Below, one piece after another: positions 37,960 through 52,070 of a stretch of 64,000 nucleotides of DNA (the stretch's first letter is position 1; every line of letters starts with the position of its first letter). The notes beneath the pieces are model-generated. The model was not told the origin of the DNA. It did no database searches and saw nothing but the letters and a program-made list of their open reading frames with translations. The position numbers and the translations under genes were made by a program. Source of the DNA: Epiperipatus broadwayi (Eukaryota > Animalia > Onychophora); the NCBI GenBank assembly GCA_028023455.1, contig JAQFVV010000005.1, positions 7,254,001 through 7,318,000 of the forward strand. The letters run 5' to 3'.

Positions 37960-38600
37960 TTAAATTTAGATCATCTTATTCACAGCATCCCATTTGAAGA
38001 CCCAAAATCTGATTATAGTGAGATGCGACCACCTTGATGTTTCCTTAGGAAACCCATACCATTACAATATATATATATATTCTGATGGTTTTATATTGTA
38101 TTCTTTATAATATCAATGTATGCAGGTATTTCAGATTCATGATTGGATGCTACCAGATTACAAAGAAATCTGGAATACACATAATTTATTACACAATTGG
38201 TTGTGGACTGAAATATTACATTACTTAATAACACAATTTAATATAACCGCTAGTAAACTTACTTATATCTTCTTTAGAATATTTAAATTTCTATCATTCA
38301 ACACAAATGTTGAGATCTTCAGCATAACATCTATTCAATAAGCAAGTAAACATCCTTATTATTGGTTGTGTATCTATTTAAATCCATAATAATTTATCAA
38401 AATAAAAATGTTGAAGTATAATTAAATAGCTTTATTAAATTAAGTTATATCATTCCACTTTACTACTCAATACCACTATTGCTTTAACTCACACTTTCTA
38501 TCTACATAATACTGATTGTGTCATTTCAGATACTGAACTCATGGACAATTATCTAGGTATTCTTGTAAGCCACATCCCCACATGCACATGTATGTAGAAA
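37960..38600 (+). mobile_element. Possible decayed LINE RT remnant
   Basis: MYAG..SDS*LDATRLQRNL (YADD...LQ.DL position) and NYLGILVS (YLG motif). Confidence 0.3.
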
Positions 38601-40384
38601 TGATTTAATATTTAAAGCACTCCTTTTTTATAACAATGTATTTATATTGCTTGACTAAAAATAAGTGAAATTACGATAAATTACTAATATAAGCTCTTTA
38701 TAAATTAGTATGCTAAAATTGAGTTAAAATGTTATTAGTTTTTAATTGAATCTAGGTTTAGAAAACTTTACAAGCATAGCTTTTTATTTTAAGGTAATTT
38801 CTATACTTTTTTAAAAACTAAATATATATAATTTGTCATTTTTTATTGAAAAGCATGTTATCAGGTATTATTAGATTATAACTTAAATAATTACTTCCTT
38901 CAGAATAACTCTTTTAACTTCTTTCTCTATATCAGTATTTATAAAACAAATCAAATAACAATATTTTTAACTTTACAATCCTATACAAAAAGAAGGAAAG
39001 CTGTTATAAAATTTATAATGTCAAAATCAACATATAACATTTTAACAATGAAATTTATAAATGATATTAATAATACAATTTATAAATGACAATAACTAAC
39101 TATAGTTGATATATACATGAATAAAAGTTATAATCTTTCCAAATAAAGTTTAAGTTTGTTTCCATTGAAAATTTCAAAACAGATTTAATATTATATACAT
39201 GCAGTCTTGTCTAAATAAATTCATAAAAAGGTCTTGGAAAGTGAAGAGCTCTTTTGTTAAATTACACATAAAATAATCATATTTTGTGGCTTTAAAATCA
39301 GTATTTGATATTAATTCTTACAAGTTAGCAAATAGAAATTTGACAGGTAGGTTTCCCTCCAAAATTAAAAATATGCCCTTTTTTTGTTTTAAATTTATGC
39401 GAACAGGAAAGTTTTTTAGGAATATTTTCTGAAATTCATAGACAGATATCAGCAAAATGTTTAGTTGTTTACTATACATTCTTAAATTGAGCAATCTTTA
39501 TATGATAAAATCATTTTAGTTTCCAGTTCAGCCAAAAATTACTGTTAGCTACTATTTTTCAGCATTAATCATTCTGTAGCTAAAACAGAAATGGGATAGA
39601 AATATCTTTTTTTACTTGATTGGCCAAACAAATGTTATTAAATTTTACATTAATTAGTTCTATACAATAAAAAATTCCAACCTAATCTCTTCTTACTTTT
39701 TTATAATCAAAATCTGAAGATCTCATTGTTATATACAATATCAGTAAATTCTTTGTGTGGTTATTTATACAATTGGCTTCCAATTTTAATTAAACTAAAA
39801 GCATTCTTGTTTAATTAAAGTGGATAAAAAATAAAATTTAAATCCTTATCAAATTATAGATTTTAGCTCATTATTTGATTACTTTTTAAACTTATTATTT
39901 GTTAAATATATTTATTAAATGTATTACCTATTAAGCATATAATTTATTTTCTCTTATTAAAATATTATTTATATGAATACACAAATATACCTAAAGAATT
40001 CAACTTATTTTATGTTAATAACGAATGTCCACAATGTCAACTTAATCTACTTCCTAACAACTCACTTCAACTCTAATTCTTACTATCCATTTTATGCTCC
40101 TATATTATCCTAGGCCTACAAACCATCTATTTGTACAATTTTCTATCTTTACCTATTTCATTATGCTTCAAAACAAGTACCATGAAATATTTTATTAAAC
40201 ATTTTATACATACATGATGTTTTTTGATACTAATTCATAATTAATAAGATTGGAATTCAATATGATATTAAGATATAAAACAATTAAAGGAATTAGAGTT
40301 TAGATTTCCTTCATGAGATAAACTATATGCTTAAAAATAACTCATTAATTAAAGGTAAAGAGATAATGATTTAAATTCTTGTAT

Positions 40385-40560
40385 CCAGCATGGAGCAGTA
40401 AAAGGAAGAATCACCTGAGTGGATGGATGGGAGTAAAGCCAATCAACTTCAGGGATTGAAACAATGAATGAACTCAATGCAAATCGGATCAAGAAAAAGA
40501 CACCTAATCACTGGAGCTTCATCTGTGCACACAGGCATATATATGTTGGAGCAGATCGTC
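40385..40560 (+). mobile_element. Possible RTE-clade LINE 3' remnant
   Basis: VKGRIT*VDGW...MNELNANR...WSFI resembles the RTE C-terminus. Confidence 0.35.
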
Positions 40561-42144
40561 TCCCCATGGCACAATGACTTCAAATGTGGAGAGCTGATCT
40601 CCAAACATGAGAATAGTCAGCTAGGACTCTAACAGGTCGTATTGATCTAAATTATTATTTGTGTATGTCTTCGGGCCTTCTTATGTTATTGATTGTATAT
40701 ATGCAAATAGTTAAATGCTATTAGGGATCATAAGGAAAGAATTATCTAAATATTAACTGTTAGTATTGATTTGTATTCATAGGGAAGTACACTCTTAGAT
40801 TAGCTAGACATAGCGATTAGCAATATCACAGAATATATTATGACCTAATTTTGAATTTAGTTAATATTGCTATTCCATTATTGACATTTAGTGACCTCTA
40901 TTAAGGCAAATGCTTATTATTCTATGTGTATAAATGCTGGTTGGTTTGTTTTAAATGACAGGGAGAGCATCTTAAATAATATTCCAGTATAAATTTAGTT
41001 CTAAAATTTATTCAAGTAATACTTTAATTAATGTTATTTAAATGCTATTTCAGCGGTAATTAATACTGCAATGTTTATTGTTTATTTTTTTTTGTTTTAT
41101 TTTAATTATAATATTAAATCTGTGTTATAATGTAAATAAACATTTTTTATTCTTTTAAATACATTTATTTTTCCACTGTCATCATCATCATCACAGCAAT
41201 TTACCCAGAAAATTAATTAATAAAGCTATTTTAAATAATGTTGAACATAAGAGAACATTTCAAAGTTGCATTGAAGTTATTTATTCAAATTGTTTTCCAA
41301 TACCTGCCTAGTTAAAATGTTATATTATTTTGCCTTTAATTATAAATGTATTTAATGGGGTAGTAGTGGGTAGCATAAAAATATCCTTTCTATCCACTAC
41401 ATTATTTTAATTTTAATTATTACAAAATTAGACTTTACAGTATTCTAATAAAATTTGCATATTGACACTATTATTTTATAAAATAAGAAGATTAAATACT
41501 TTAGATTAGTTTCTATTGATAGCTAAAGATTATTACAAATATTTTGATAATTCAATACTTTCAATTTCACTTTATTATTTATTTTAAAAAAGAGATATAG
41601 GTTTATAAGAATAGAAGAAGAAAATAAGAGTATCTTGTGTATAGAGAACCCGAATCATTATTTCATTTGAAAGTATATTGATTGTGTAGCAAAATAATTA
41701 TTCATTGTATTGGGTAAAATAAGAACCTGAAATTTATATTATTTATATTTCTGTTATAGTATATTTTGTCAATAAGAGAATTCATACTCATGCTCAAATC
41801 CATATTTATTTTATGACACTTTTTTGATTAGTGTTGCCTTGACATTTCACCTTTGATTTATGTATGCTTTTGAAGATTTCAGTATTTAGTAGTGGTAGAT
41901 GATTATTTTAAGTGATTAGAATTTAAAGTAATAAGAAATACTTTGTCAGAGATAATTATGTCTGTAATGGCTCTGGATTTACTTGCACAAAATTGGAATA
42001 AAATAGGGTGTTAAATACTTACACCACCACTTTACTTTATAAATATAATATGATTTAATAGAAAATGTAGTCACTATATTAAAAAGAGCTTTGAATAAAG
42101 TTGATGTAACTTAAATTCAAGGTTAGTTTACTATATTATTGTAA

Positions 42145-42406
42145 TTATAAATTTTATTTAATGCACATTGATTACGTAAGTAATATTTACTAAGGCAATA
42201 AACCTCAAGAGTGCGCTCTGAAAATGCAAAGGTAGGGACCTCTACAGGTCTTCAGCTTCACCTATTTATATAGAAAGTAGGTTGAAGTAAAGAAGGGTTT
42301 CCCTCTTTTCTTCCAAAGCATAAGCTTGTGGTTAAGACCTGTAGAGGTCCCTACCTTCGCATTTTCAAGTGCACACTCTTGAGGTTTATTGTCTTAGTAA
42401 ATATTA
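42145..42406. mobile_element. Foldback insertion: 72-bp inverted arms, 36-bp one-sided extension, 18-bp TSD
   Basis: Arms 42181-42252 and 42334-42406. TTTACTATATTATTGTAA at 42127-42144 and 42407-42424. Confidence 0.8.
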
Positions 42407-43151
42407 TTTACTATATTATTGTAACATTTAATTCCAATGATAGAAACCAGTGAAACTTCTACCAAATTATTGTTTGAAAGAACCCTTAGACATAAGTGAG
42501 CAATGCTATTTCCAAATATAAAATATTTTAAAGAGATTGATACTGAACAAAAGGAATTTCAACCAGACAAGAAACTTCAGATGAGAAAAATATTATAGAA
42601 AAAAGAATACACGGAATTAATTGCATTAAGATTTTAATCTACAAAAATTGAAAAATGCATATAGAAAATAAACAATTGAAGCAGCATAGTTTTTTCTAAA
42701 TCAGCATCATAGATAACTCTACAGTTAAAAGCTCAAGAAAAGAAATGTGAGAAAAAGAAATAATGGAGTAGTCAATGACAAATCAATTGCCAAATTGAAC
42801 AGGTGTAGCAGTGAAAGCAGATGAAATCACTAGCCAAGAATTAAAAGAAAGTTAAAGACTTCAGAATAGTTGAAAATCTATGTAAAATGAATTTCTTTGG
42901 AGTATGGAGAAGGGTGCTAGGTATTAAGGTGTTATAAATTAAAACTAATGAGAGAATTAATTAAATTCAGAACTGATTAATTAATTGTCAAGTTTCAATG
43001 ATTATTTTATTCTAACAAACAAAACAGAATTATACAAAAAAAAATTGCTTACTCTGGAGAAAAGTATATATTTTTATAGATACAACAAACTAAATTAAAC
43101 CCCTAAACATTACATGATTACTGTTTCTTATGCTTGCTCATAATTGTTATT

Positions 43152-43286
43152 AAAACAGGAAAATCTCTCCATACAGCCTTCTGGCATCCATTGATTACTC
43201 TGGCTTGCACTGAGTGGCACTACTGTACTGTATGCAGAGTTTTGCCTGTTTTAACAAACTGAATTATTAGAGATTTTTTCTTTCTC
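43152..43286. mobile_element. Family A short insertion (inverted 25-bp end plus forward 3' fragment)
   Basis: AAACAGGAAAATCTCTCCATACAG followed by CCTTCTGGCATCCATTGATTACTC...GAGTTTTGCCTGTTT. Candidate TSD ATTGTTATT at 43143-43151 and 43287-43295. Confidence 0.75.
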
Positions 43287-43959
43287 ATTGTTATTGAGGA
43301 GCAAACAATGTAATCTATATTGTCGTGTGGAAAACATTAATAAGTAACGGGAGATAACTACTTCCAGAAGTGAGAAAGCAGGTATAGAGAACTTTATAAA
43401 AGCCATGCCCATCTTCATGATTTAGTAAATCTTCAATTGAATCTAGCCATTTGTAATTATAAATAAAAGCATTTAAGTTCAAGTAATCATTCCCATTACT
43501 AAATAAAAAAATTCATTTGTGAAATTTTATGAAGATATATTTGTTGTATGTATTTGACAATGATATTCTTTTATACACTATAATGCATATGCAATATAAA
43601 TTCTATATATTAACTTGTACATATTAGTATAAGTCAATATTTCTCTAGTTTATGGATCCATGCTGATCCGCAGAATAATTTTACCAGTCCGTGAAAAATG
43701 TCCTTGGTTTGATAGCATATTAGTTTGAATTTAAGATACAGTAGGATTTTAAGCTCAGAAAATTGGGGAAAAAATTTTAAAACGATTTTATTGAAAAATA
43801 AAAATTATTTAAATAGGAACCGATATAAATAGAAACTGATATAAATACAACAAGCTTAGCTAATTTATTGTGAATCTTTTTCAGATATACTTTCACTTTC
43901 AGAACTTGAATGCCATTTAAATAGTTAAATGTAATATTTTAAGATAGATTTTTTGATCA

Positions 43960-44060
43960 TTTTTTTAGGGATATCTGTCCAAGATTGTAAAACCCATTAA
44001 TCTATTGTAGAAGATGAAGCTCATTTTATTTTACCAGTTGATGTCTGAAATGTCTGTATA
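43960..44060 (+). mobile_element. Possible LINE C-terminal zinc-finger remnant
   Basis: DICPR...IVEDEAHFIL matches the C..C....EDE.HF motif. Confidence 0.3.
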
Positions 44061-45012
44061 AAACCATATATGTAAATAAAAGATTATTTATTTTTGTAAA
44101 TATACACAGAATTTTTCACTTTAATAATATTCCTTTATCAGAGTAAATGACTCTAAAAATTCGTTTGAAAGATCGTTCCAAATTATAGATTAAATTAGAA
44201 TGGAATTTGTATGCAAATAAAGCAAGTTACTTATAAATTAGATTGCATATAAGATTCTCCCCATTTTAAATGAAGAAGAGGGAGGAAGTAGCTAAAATGA
44301 TTAAACTGGATTAAAGTTAGGGCTGATTTGAAGTGATAATAGATCCGTAGTAAAGAATGATCAATGATGGACTAGTAGATTGACTAGCAGTGATTAAGTC
44401 TAAAATGGAATAAGTAAAAATCAGTTACTTGTTTGTGTACTGAAAACATTATTACCAGTAAAGGGTAATTAACTTATGCTTAACCAAATTGCAAGAAAGA
44501 AGTTGGTAACAAAGATGATTAATATTGTAATGGCTTCTTTATTATTGCATAATAATGTAATTGATTAAAAATATATATAAATTTAAAGTATAAGATAACA
44601 TAGTAACAGTAATTGATTTTTTTTTCTTTTTAAGAAAATTTGTTTTACAATATTAACTGGATATAGGGTAAATAATTGTGAGGCAATGTAATTGCTGGAA
44701 TACATTTTATTTCATGAAAATACATTTCTGTTTATTATTTATAAAATAAAATATTAAAACCTGTTTAAATTTTCCTTTTTTATTGTAATATTAGTATAAT
44801 ATATAACTGTAACTAAAAGAATATTATAATTATTTAATTAATGTTTCAAGAAATTTATTAATACAAATAAGTTTACAACATAGAAAACAGACTAGATATC
44901 TACAAAGAATATTGCAGCATTGTTATGTGTAGAAGTTGACAAAATACTATCAGGAAAATTACACAATGACCATGTTTCGTGATGTAAATGTTCTTGAGTA
45001 AAAAGTCTATCT

Positions 45013-48000
45013 CTATTTTTTTATAATATTAATAGTAGAGATGAAAATATTTTGAATTTGACTTCCATTATTATGAAAAATAATCTTACATCTTGTAAGC
45101 CAAACTGCAAATAACAAAAATATTGCCATCCTAATGACAGAGAAGGTTCCATTTTTTATAGCTTTTTTAATAGAGAGTACAATTTTATTATTATCCAGAA
45201 TGCACTTAATCATAAATAGTCTCAGTTGTGCCAAGAAAGAGCACTTGAAGAAAATATGTTGCAAAGTCTCATCATCGTTAAAACAAAACCGACAATAAGG
45301 ACCAATTTTTTCTGAATCCTCTTTTCCAGACTAAAAAATAACTTGTAGGCAGGGATAAAAGATTAAACTTCAAAATGAAGTCCAAATATTTTGATTCAAG
45401 ATTCTATCATTTACATTTATTAATCAGTAATTTATTATTCATATTCAAAAATGTTTTAGAAATAGTTTGATTGTTGTTGATTAATTTGTAAATTTCCCAA
45501 TAAGTCTTTTTATTTTCTAACATTTGTGCAGAGAAAGCAAATAAACTTGAAATATAATTTTTCATTTTCAAATCCATACTCCAAGAAACAGATGAGGAGT
45601 GTCAGTTGGTTCAAATGGAAAACATTTATTTATTTCCAATAAACTAATGTGAATTGATCTTAAGACAGCAAGGGCTCTTTGTACATAAAAAACAGAAACA
45701 GAATGAAGACTGAGCCCATTCAGTTCTTTTGGATTTTGTAATTGTTTTAAACTAAAGGCAACACATTTGCCTCTCCATAGAATTTTTGAACATATAGAAT
45801 TAATGCTATTTTGAAAAGACTTAGTAGGTTGAAAAATAAGTAAAAAATATAAAATTTTAGGAAAAATTAATATGTTTAAAAGTGAAACTTTTCCAGGAAG
45901 TGATAAAGAAATAGAAGATAATGATTTTGTTAGATCTTTCAATTTTTCTAAAATTGAATTTTGAATCTCTCTCCTCATAGCAGTTTTTGACAAAACAATT
46001 GGAAAACCTAATAACTTTTGAGGTTTTGATGTAAATTGAGAAGGATATATAGTTCCATTATTAATTTTCCATGTTGATGATTTGGAAAGATTTAGACAAA
46101 GGTTGAATTTAAGTGAATAATTATCTAATATTTCTTGTAGAGGTGAAAGATATTATTGCAGATGGGAGAAAAACAGTAATGTCATCTACATATGATGTAT
46201 TTCTTCATTAAGAGCAGGCAGAAAAATACCAGGTAATTTTCTTTCAATTTCAATCAAAAGTGGATTAATATATGTGATGAAGCAGAGAGTGCTAAGTGGT
46301 GAACCTTGAGAAATAGACAGATGAGGTCTAAAACCAGGACCAAGTCTACCATCTAAAGAAGTAAACATGCATCTATTTAAAAATAAATTGGCAATGATTT
46401 TAATATAAACTATTGGGACAGAATATTCCAAAAGTAAATCGAATAATGTAGAAAGAACAACTGAGTCAAATGCTGATGCAAAGTCAATTTGTGCAGCAAT
46501 AGGTAGAGATTTTCTATGTGTTCTAACATATTCTACCAGGAGAATAGCATGATGTAGAGCTTCAATTGTTGAAGAACTTTTTTTTGTATATTGATATATT
46601 GAAAGGTGGAAGTATGACTGATCTTGAAATTTATCTTTAACAATTGATTCAATAGATTTGATAAGCAGAGGCATCATTGAAATTGGAGGAATATTGTTGA
46701 GAGTTGATGGAATAATCTTTTTTTTTATGAGGGAACCAAAGCAATTGGATATATATCAGAAATAAATTGAAAATCTCCTTCTAGAACATCTAATAGTTTG
46801 TGAAGTATAGGAGCAGTAAAATAACTAAGATGCATGAGAACAAATTTAGGAATCCCATGAAGACTAGGATGAATGCTTTCAGGGTATGTAGCTAAGCGTT
46901 GAATAATAGTATTTTCTGTAATGTTATGTTGCTCTGAAGAAACAGATGCATTCCAGAAGTTGCCAATTTTGAATTGATGAGCTTGAAGTTTATTTTTAAA
47001 AAATTCATCAATTTTATTAAGCATAAAAGGACCACCCTAATTAACATCAACTGAAATCATGTAGGAGTTGGCTGCTTTGATCCACCAATGGCCCACTGAT
47101 ATAACTTCGAGTCCAGTTATGTTGACCATTGATGAAAATTTTAGTTTTCTTTGTTGCAATATATTGTACAAGTACTCTCTGCTTATCACGATATCGAGTT
47201 TTAAGATCTAGAATATCTTTAATATCACCCCGCGTCAATGAAAGATGACTGACTTTAATGGCAATATCATCCAGCTCTCTAAGAAGACGATTAGGTCCCT
47301 TAGTTCTTTTAGTGATTGTATTAATTAAAGAACTAAGGATACTCACAAAGGCAGACCATGCATGAAGAGGAGATAAAGAAAGAATATTTATTTTCTGAAA
47401 TAGAATGTACGCTTCTGAGAAGATCCATTCCGGTGTGTCTGCTTTATTAACTAAGCGAATGGTCTTGACTGAATGAGATAATGAAAATCTTGAAATGTTA
47501 ATATTCAATGAAATTAATAAAGCAAGATGATCTGAAAATGGAACTAGTTGTAATCTAGCTTCTAAATCATGATGCAAGACAGGAGTATAATATAATAAAT
47601 CAATAAGAGATTTATATTGACGATTGTAGAATGAAAAGGAATTTTGAGAAAAGAATCCTTCACCACACAAAAACAATCTACTAAGTAAAGGAAGGTATTT
47701 ATAATCCATATTAAAATCTCCAAAACATATGGCTGGAGATGAAACATTAGCAAGTAATGCATTAATTGTATTAATGTTAGATAAATCAATATTGTTGTCA
47801 TTAGGAATATACATATAAATTATGATGATTTGTATATTTTCAATTTCAATATCTAAAATTAAAAGTTCTTTATTTAGGTAAAGAGTTTTACAATGATTAA
47901 ATGCAAATTTTTTTGTTTATCAAAAAAGCTACACCTGCTGATGGAGAAGTAGAAAATGAAAATACCATATTGTTCCATAATTTGCTCAATTCTATAATCA

Positions 48001-48134
48001 GATTTAAGATGAAGTTTTGTCTCAGACAGACACACCACATGAAAATTACTTGTATCAATCCATCTTTTAATTGCAAAAACTTTGCCAAGAGAATTGAGAC
48101 CCTTGACATTTATGCCTGCAATATTAAAAATCAT
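45013..48134 (-). pseudogene. LINE ORF2 (APE endonuclease, RT, C-terminal CCHC) with frameshifts
   Basis: INVKGLN, LSETK, GDFN, IDLL and SDH (APE); DFASAFDSV, QGSPLS and YVDD (RT); GKVSLLNILIFPK; CRFC...ETLQHIFFKC. Confidence 0.9.
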
Positions 48135-50510
48135 ATTTTAAAAAACAAAAACTATAAAAGAAAATTCTTAAAAGAAAATCTATTGTTCAAAGAAAATTTC
48201 ATTGACTAGTTCCACTTCTTCAGCCCAGTTTAGTGAATCTGAGGATTGACTATCTGTCCATTTAGTGATAATAGTTGATTGCTCTGATTGAGTAGATAAT
48301 GCTACAGATGTTTTAGAATCATTAACATTACTTTTAGCTGGACTAACAGCATCTATATTAAAATGAGTTGAATTAGAAACAAATTCTAAATTCTGCTCAG
48401 ATAAACGAGACCGTTTATTCTCTTTTTTTCTTCTTAAATTATAAGATGCCACAATTGTAATTTAATTAGAAGACAATGTTAAAGCATCATCAGATGAAGA
48501 ATTCTCTTCATCTTTCTGTAAATTTGAAGAGTCTATTGTTTTCCTTTTAATTTTGGCTGTACTTAATTTCTCATGTTTTAAGTTAGTAGAATTATCCGAT
48601 TGCTTTGAAATTCTATCAAAAATATCATCATTAACTGATGATTGAATAAGTTTATTTTGAGTACATAAAGGAAAAGTAACCATTGTGTCAATATTTGATG
48701 TAGAACTATTTTGCTGTATATTATCTTCAATTTGTTTTTGAAGCAAAATATTATCTTGAATATCTTTATTGTGAATAAGTAGATTATCATTACAAACTAG
48801 ATTGCTATTGCTGCATTGGGTTGATTCTCTAACTTCTATATTATTACTTTGAAGCAGAGAATTTGAAACAGATAATAAAGAATTACATTTGTGATATCTA
48901 GTTCTTTTGATTACAGTGATGGCATATTCTTTTCGGACATGTTTTTACTAGATGAGATCGGTCCTTGCAAATAAAACACTGGGATTTAACACCACGGAAT
49001 GACAAGAATAAAGTGCACCTTCTTTCTTCCAAAAAGGAGTGTCAGTTAAAAGATGCCATCATTCATTTTTAATGTAAAAGATGCAGTGTTTGTCATAAGT
49101 TCTATTCCTACATACTTTTCAGGAATAAATTTAAAACTTGTAATTGTACCATATTTATTTAACATTTTCTGCAAATCAGATTGACAGAAATTGAAAAAAC
49201 AATTATGTACTAGATCTTGTGCATTTTTAAAACGATTCATGTCAACTTTAATTAAAAATTTATTATTGAGAAAAAACTGATTTCTTTTAAAGATTTCTTT
49301 TTGAATGATGTTATGGAACTCCACTATTAGATAGCGTCTGTTTGGATGGTGATAAATACACTTGATGGCTGATTCTAATTTTAGTTCCTTGGTCAGTTTC
49401 TGTGGGAAAAGAGAAGAGGTTACAATTCTTATTTGTAGTTGTAAGTATAAGAGTATACTCATTACTATAATTAAAAAAAGAATTGTAAAGAACAGTTGGA
49501 ATTCTCATATTAAAATTTAGACTAGTTATGTTATAATCATCAGAATCAGGTTTAGAAATATCTTCAGTTGAATTAATCTGATCTGTATTTGAATTAATAT
49601 TATCTAAATTAGACATATCATTTACTTCTTGATCAATAGTCATCAAGGTTATATTGAGCAGAAATATGAGTACTGCTTACTTTATAATTCTCAATTGCGT
49701 TTCTTTTAACTATTGTTGCATAAGATTGTTTGTCTGACACATGTGAATTTGTATATATAAAATTGGGTCCATTGTGCATATTTATGTTAGCATTAGACTT
49801 AGAAACTATATTAGAAATATTTAAATCAGAATAGCTTTGTTTTCCTTGCGATCTCTTTGAATCCAAAGTTTCAATATCATCTTTAAAATTAATAGTATTT
49901 TTAGAATAAACTTCGATTGAGATATTTTCTTTATAACTTGAGGTATTGAAGAAACAGACATTTAATTACTATTAGAGAGACTTTTACTATTAAAACTTGT
50001 AATATTAGATGTTTGCGATGTGCTTTGTGTATTTTTTCCTTCATTCCTTATATCAATGCAGGTTGAAACAATATTTTTCTGTAATGCGCCCTCTATTACA
50101 TTTAAATCTTTTAAGGAATCGATATCCAAAGTTCTAAAATTATTTTCTGCTTGTAATAAATGATTTACTTCATTTTTATTTTTATTATGACCATTTTGAT
50201 TTATTGACTGTAGATAACCAAGTGTTGTTAAAGATAAATCTTTTACTTTTAAAGGATTAGATTTTTTTTCCTTTACCTTTATAAGGCACGTTAAAATCTA
50301 AACAATCGCTCTTCTCAACAGTTATAGTATTAACAGTGGGAGATTTCTTTGGAGTAAAATTTAAACTATAATTATCTTCCTTTATAGATTCTTTAATATT
50401 CTTAATAGTATCATTAATTTTTTTTATCATGGGAAGTAACTATATTTAAATCTGCTTTAGTATTAATAAAAGGAATTGTTGAATTTTCTAAAACGCTGTT
50501 CTGTTTATTA

Positions 50511-50614
50511 AACAGAGCAAAACTCTCCATGCAGTATTGCCACCTGTGCTAAACAGAGTAATCAATGGATGCCAGAAGGCTTAATGTGCTAGTATAGGAA
50601 ATGTGATCACGTGA
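50511..50614. mobile_element. Family A short insertion with 12-bp TSD
   Basis: TTCTGTTTATTA at 50499-50510 and 50615-50626. Inverted 3' fragment followed by forward extension TGCTAGTATAGGAAATGTGATCACGTGA. Confidence 0.85.
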
Positions 50615-50754
50615 TTCTGTTTATTATTAACGTTAAAAGTTTTTACACAAGAACTTTTTTTAGAATTAGATTTTGAAATATTAGGAGATAAAATCAAACT
50701 GTCTTTGTTATTTTTAATCAAGAATTGTTCATCAGGATCATTATCACGGTAAAA

Positions 50755-52070
50755 GTTCACTATAACGGTCTATGGTTGTTTGCCCTCTATTGTTTAAAAT
50801 TTAAACTAAATTGCTTGAGAATCTGACGTGTATGTTATTATATTACAAATAAATTAAAATTTAATCAAATGTAAAAGATAATAATAATAAAAAAAAAACC
50901 TTTTGAATGTTGGATTAATTACACGACATTAATTAAAAAAACATTTACCTTTTTAAATATAATTACATCCTACACAGACTAGGAAGTTGGAGATTGCTGA
51001 TGTTATTGTACGCAGCCCAGCCATCTGAAATAATGTGCGTACACTGTCTACAACTTAAGAATTTAAAATAACTACATTTATAGCGCCATGTTGCAAAAAA
51101 AAAGACACCTTATGTGTTCAACGGCGCGAATTACACGCATACGTGTACAGTTTTATATTTACAAAAGATGTCTGCTACATGCTTAGTACCTGAATAGTGA
51201 AATTTTAAGCGTTGCTGCTATTCTGGCAGAAGAATGGAATATGCGTGGATTTGATGACAATGGGGAGCCATTAATCGTCGAAATAGACGAAACCTACTAT
51301 TTCCACCGAAAATATCACAGGGGGGCTATGCGGACAGGTGTTTGGCGTCATAGAGAGAGCATCAAGAAAGTGCTTCTTGATAGAAGTGGCAGACAGGACG
51401 GCTGATACACTGGAGGGCCTGATACAGCGGGTCATTTTACCAGGTACGCACATTATTTCAGATGGCTGGGCTGCGTACAATAACATCAGCAGTCTCAACA
51501 ATGGTGTGTATTTGCATTCGGTTGTCGTACATCAGGAAAACTTCGTGGATCCCGAAGACCGAGACATACACAGCCAGAATATTGAAAACATGTGGATGAG
51601 AGCAAAGCGTAAGCTGAAATTCCAATGTGGCATTAGCAGAGCTTTGTTTTCATCGTACCTGCACGAATTGCCCTCCGGAGTAGATACAGCAATACCGCTT
51701 TTTTCTCCAACTTCCTAGTCTGTATAGGACGTAATTATATTTAAAAAGGTAAATGTTTTTTTTATTATCTTTTACATTTGAATAAATTTTCATGTAATTG
51801 TAAGACAGTAGCATATACTTTTTTATTTTAAATTCTTAAGTTGTAGACAGTTTAAAATCTTAACTTTCAAAGAAATTAAAAGTAATTATTTTAATTAATG
51901 TCGTGTAATTAATCCAACATTCAAAAGGTTTTTTTTATTATTATTATCTTTTACATTTGATTAAATTTTAATTTATTTGTAATATAATAACATACATGTC
52001 AGATTCTCAAGCAATTTAGTTTAAATTTTAAACAATAGAGGGCAAACAACCATAGACCGTTATAGTGAAC
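50755..52070 (+). mobile_element. Palindromic Merlin/IS1595(ISXO2)-transposase-bearing element
   Basis: ~185-bp near-identical inverted ends (50755-50937 / 51892-52070), additional internal inverted pieces, and a transposase fragment inside. Confidence 0.85.
51240..51718 (+). pseudogene. ISXO2-like (Merlin) DDE transposase fragment
   Basis: IVEIDETYYFHRKYHRG, VFGVIER, IISDGWAAY and HSQNIENMW motifs. Frameshifts near 51335 and near the C-terminus; N-terminus missing. Confidence 0.9.

Noticed and set aside
38270-38330. Minus-strand CTGAAGA...GAAATTTAAAT as a hammerhead
   Set aside because: Stem I does not pair and stem II is not adjacent to GAAA.
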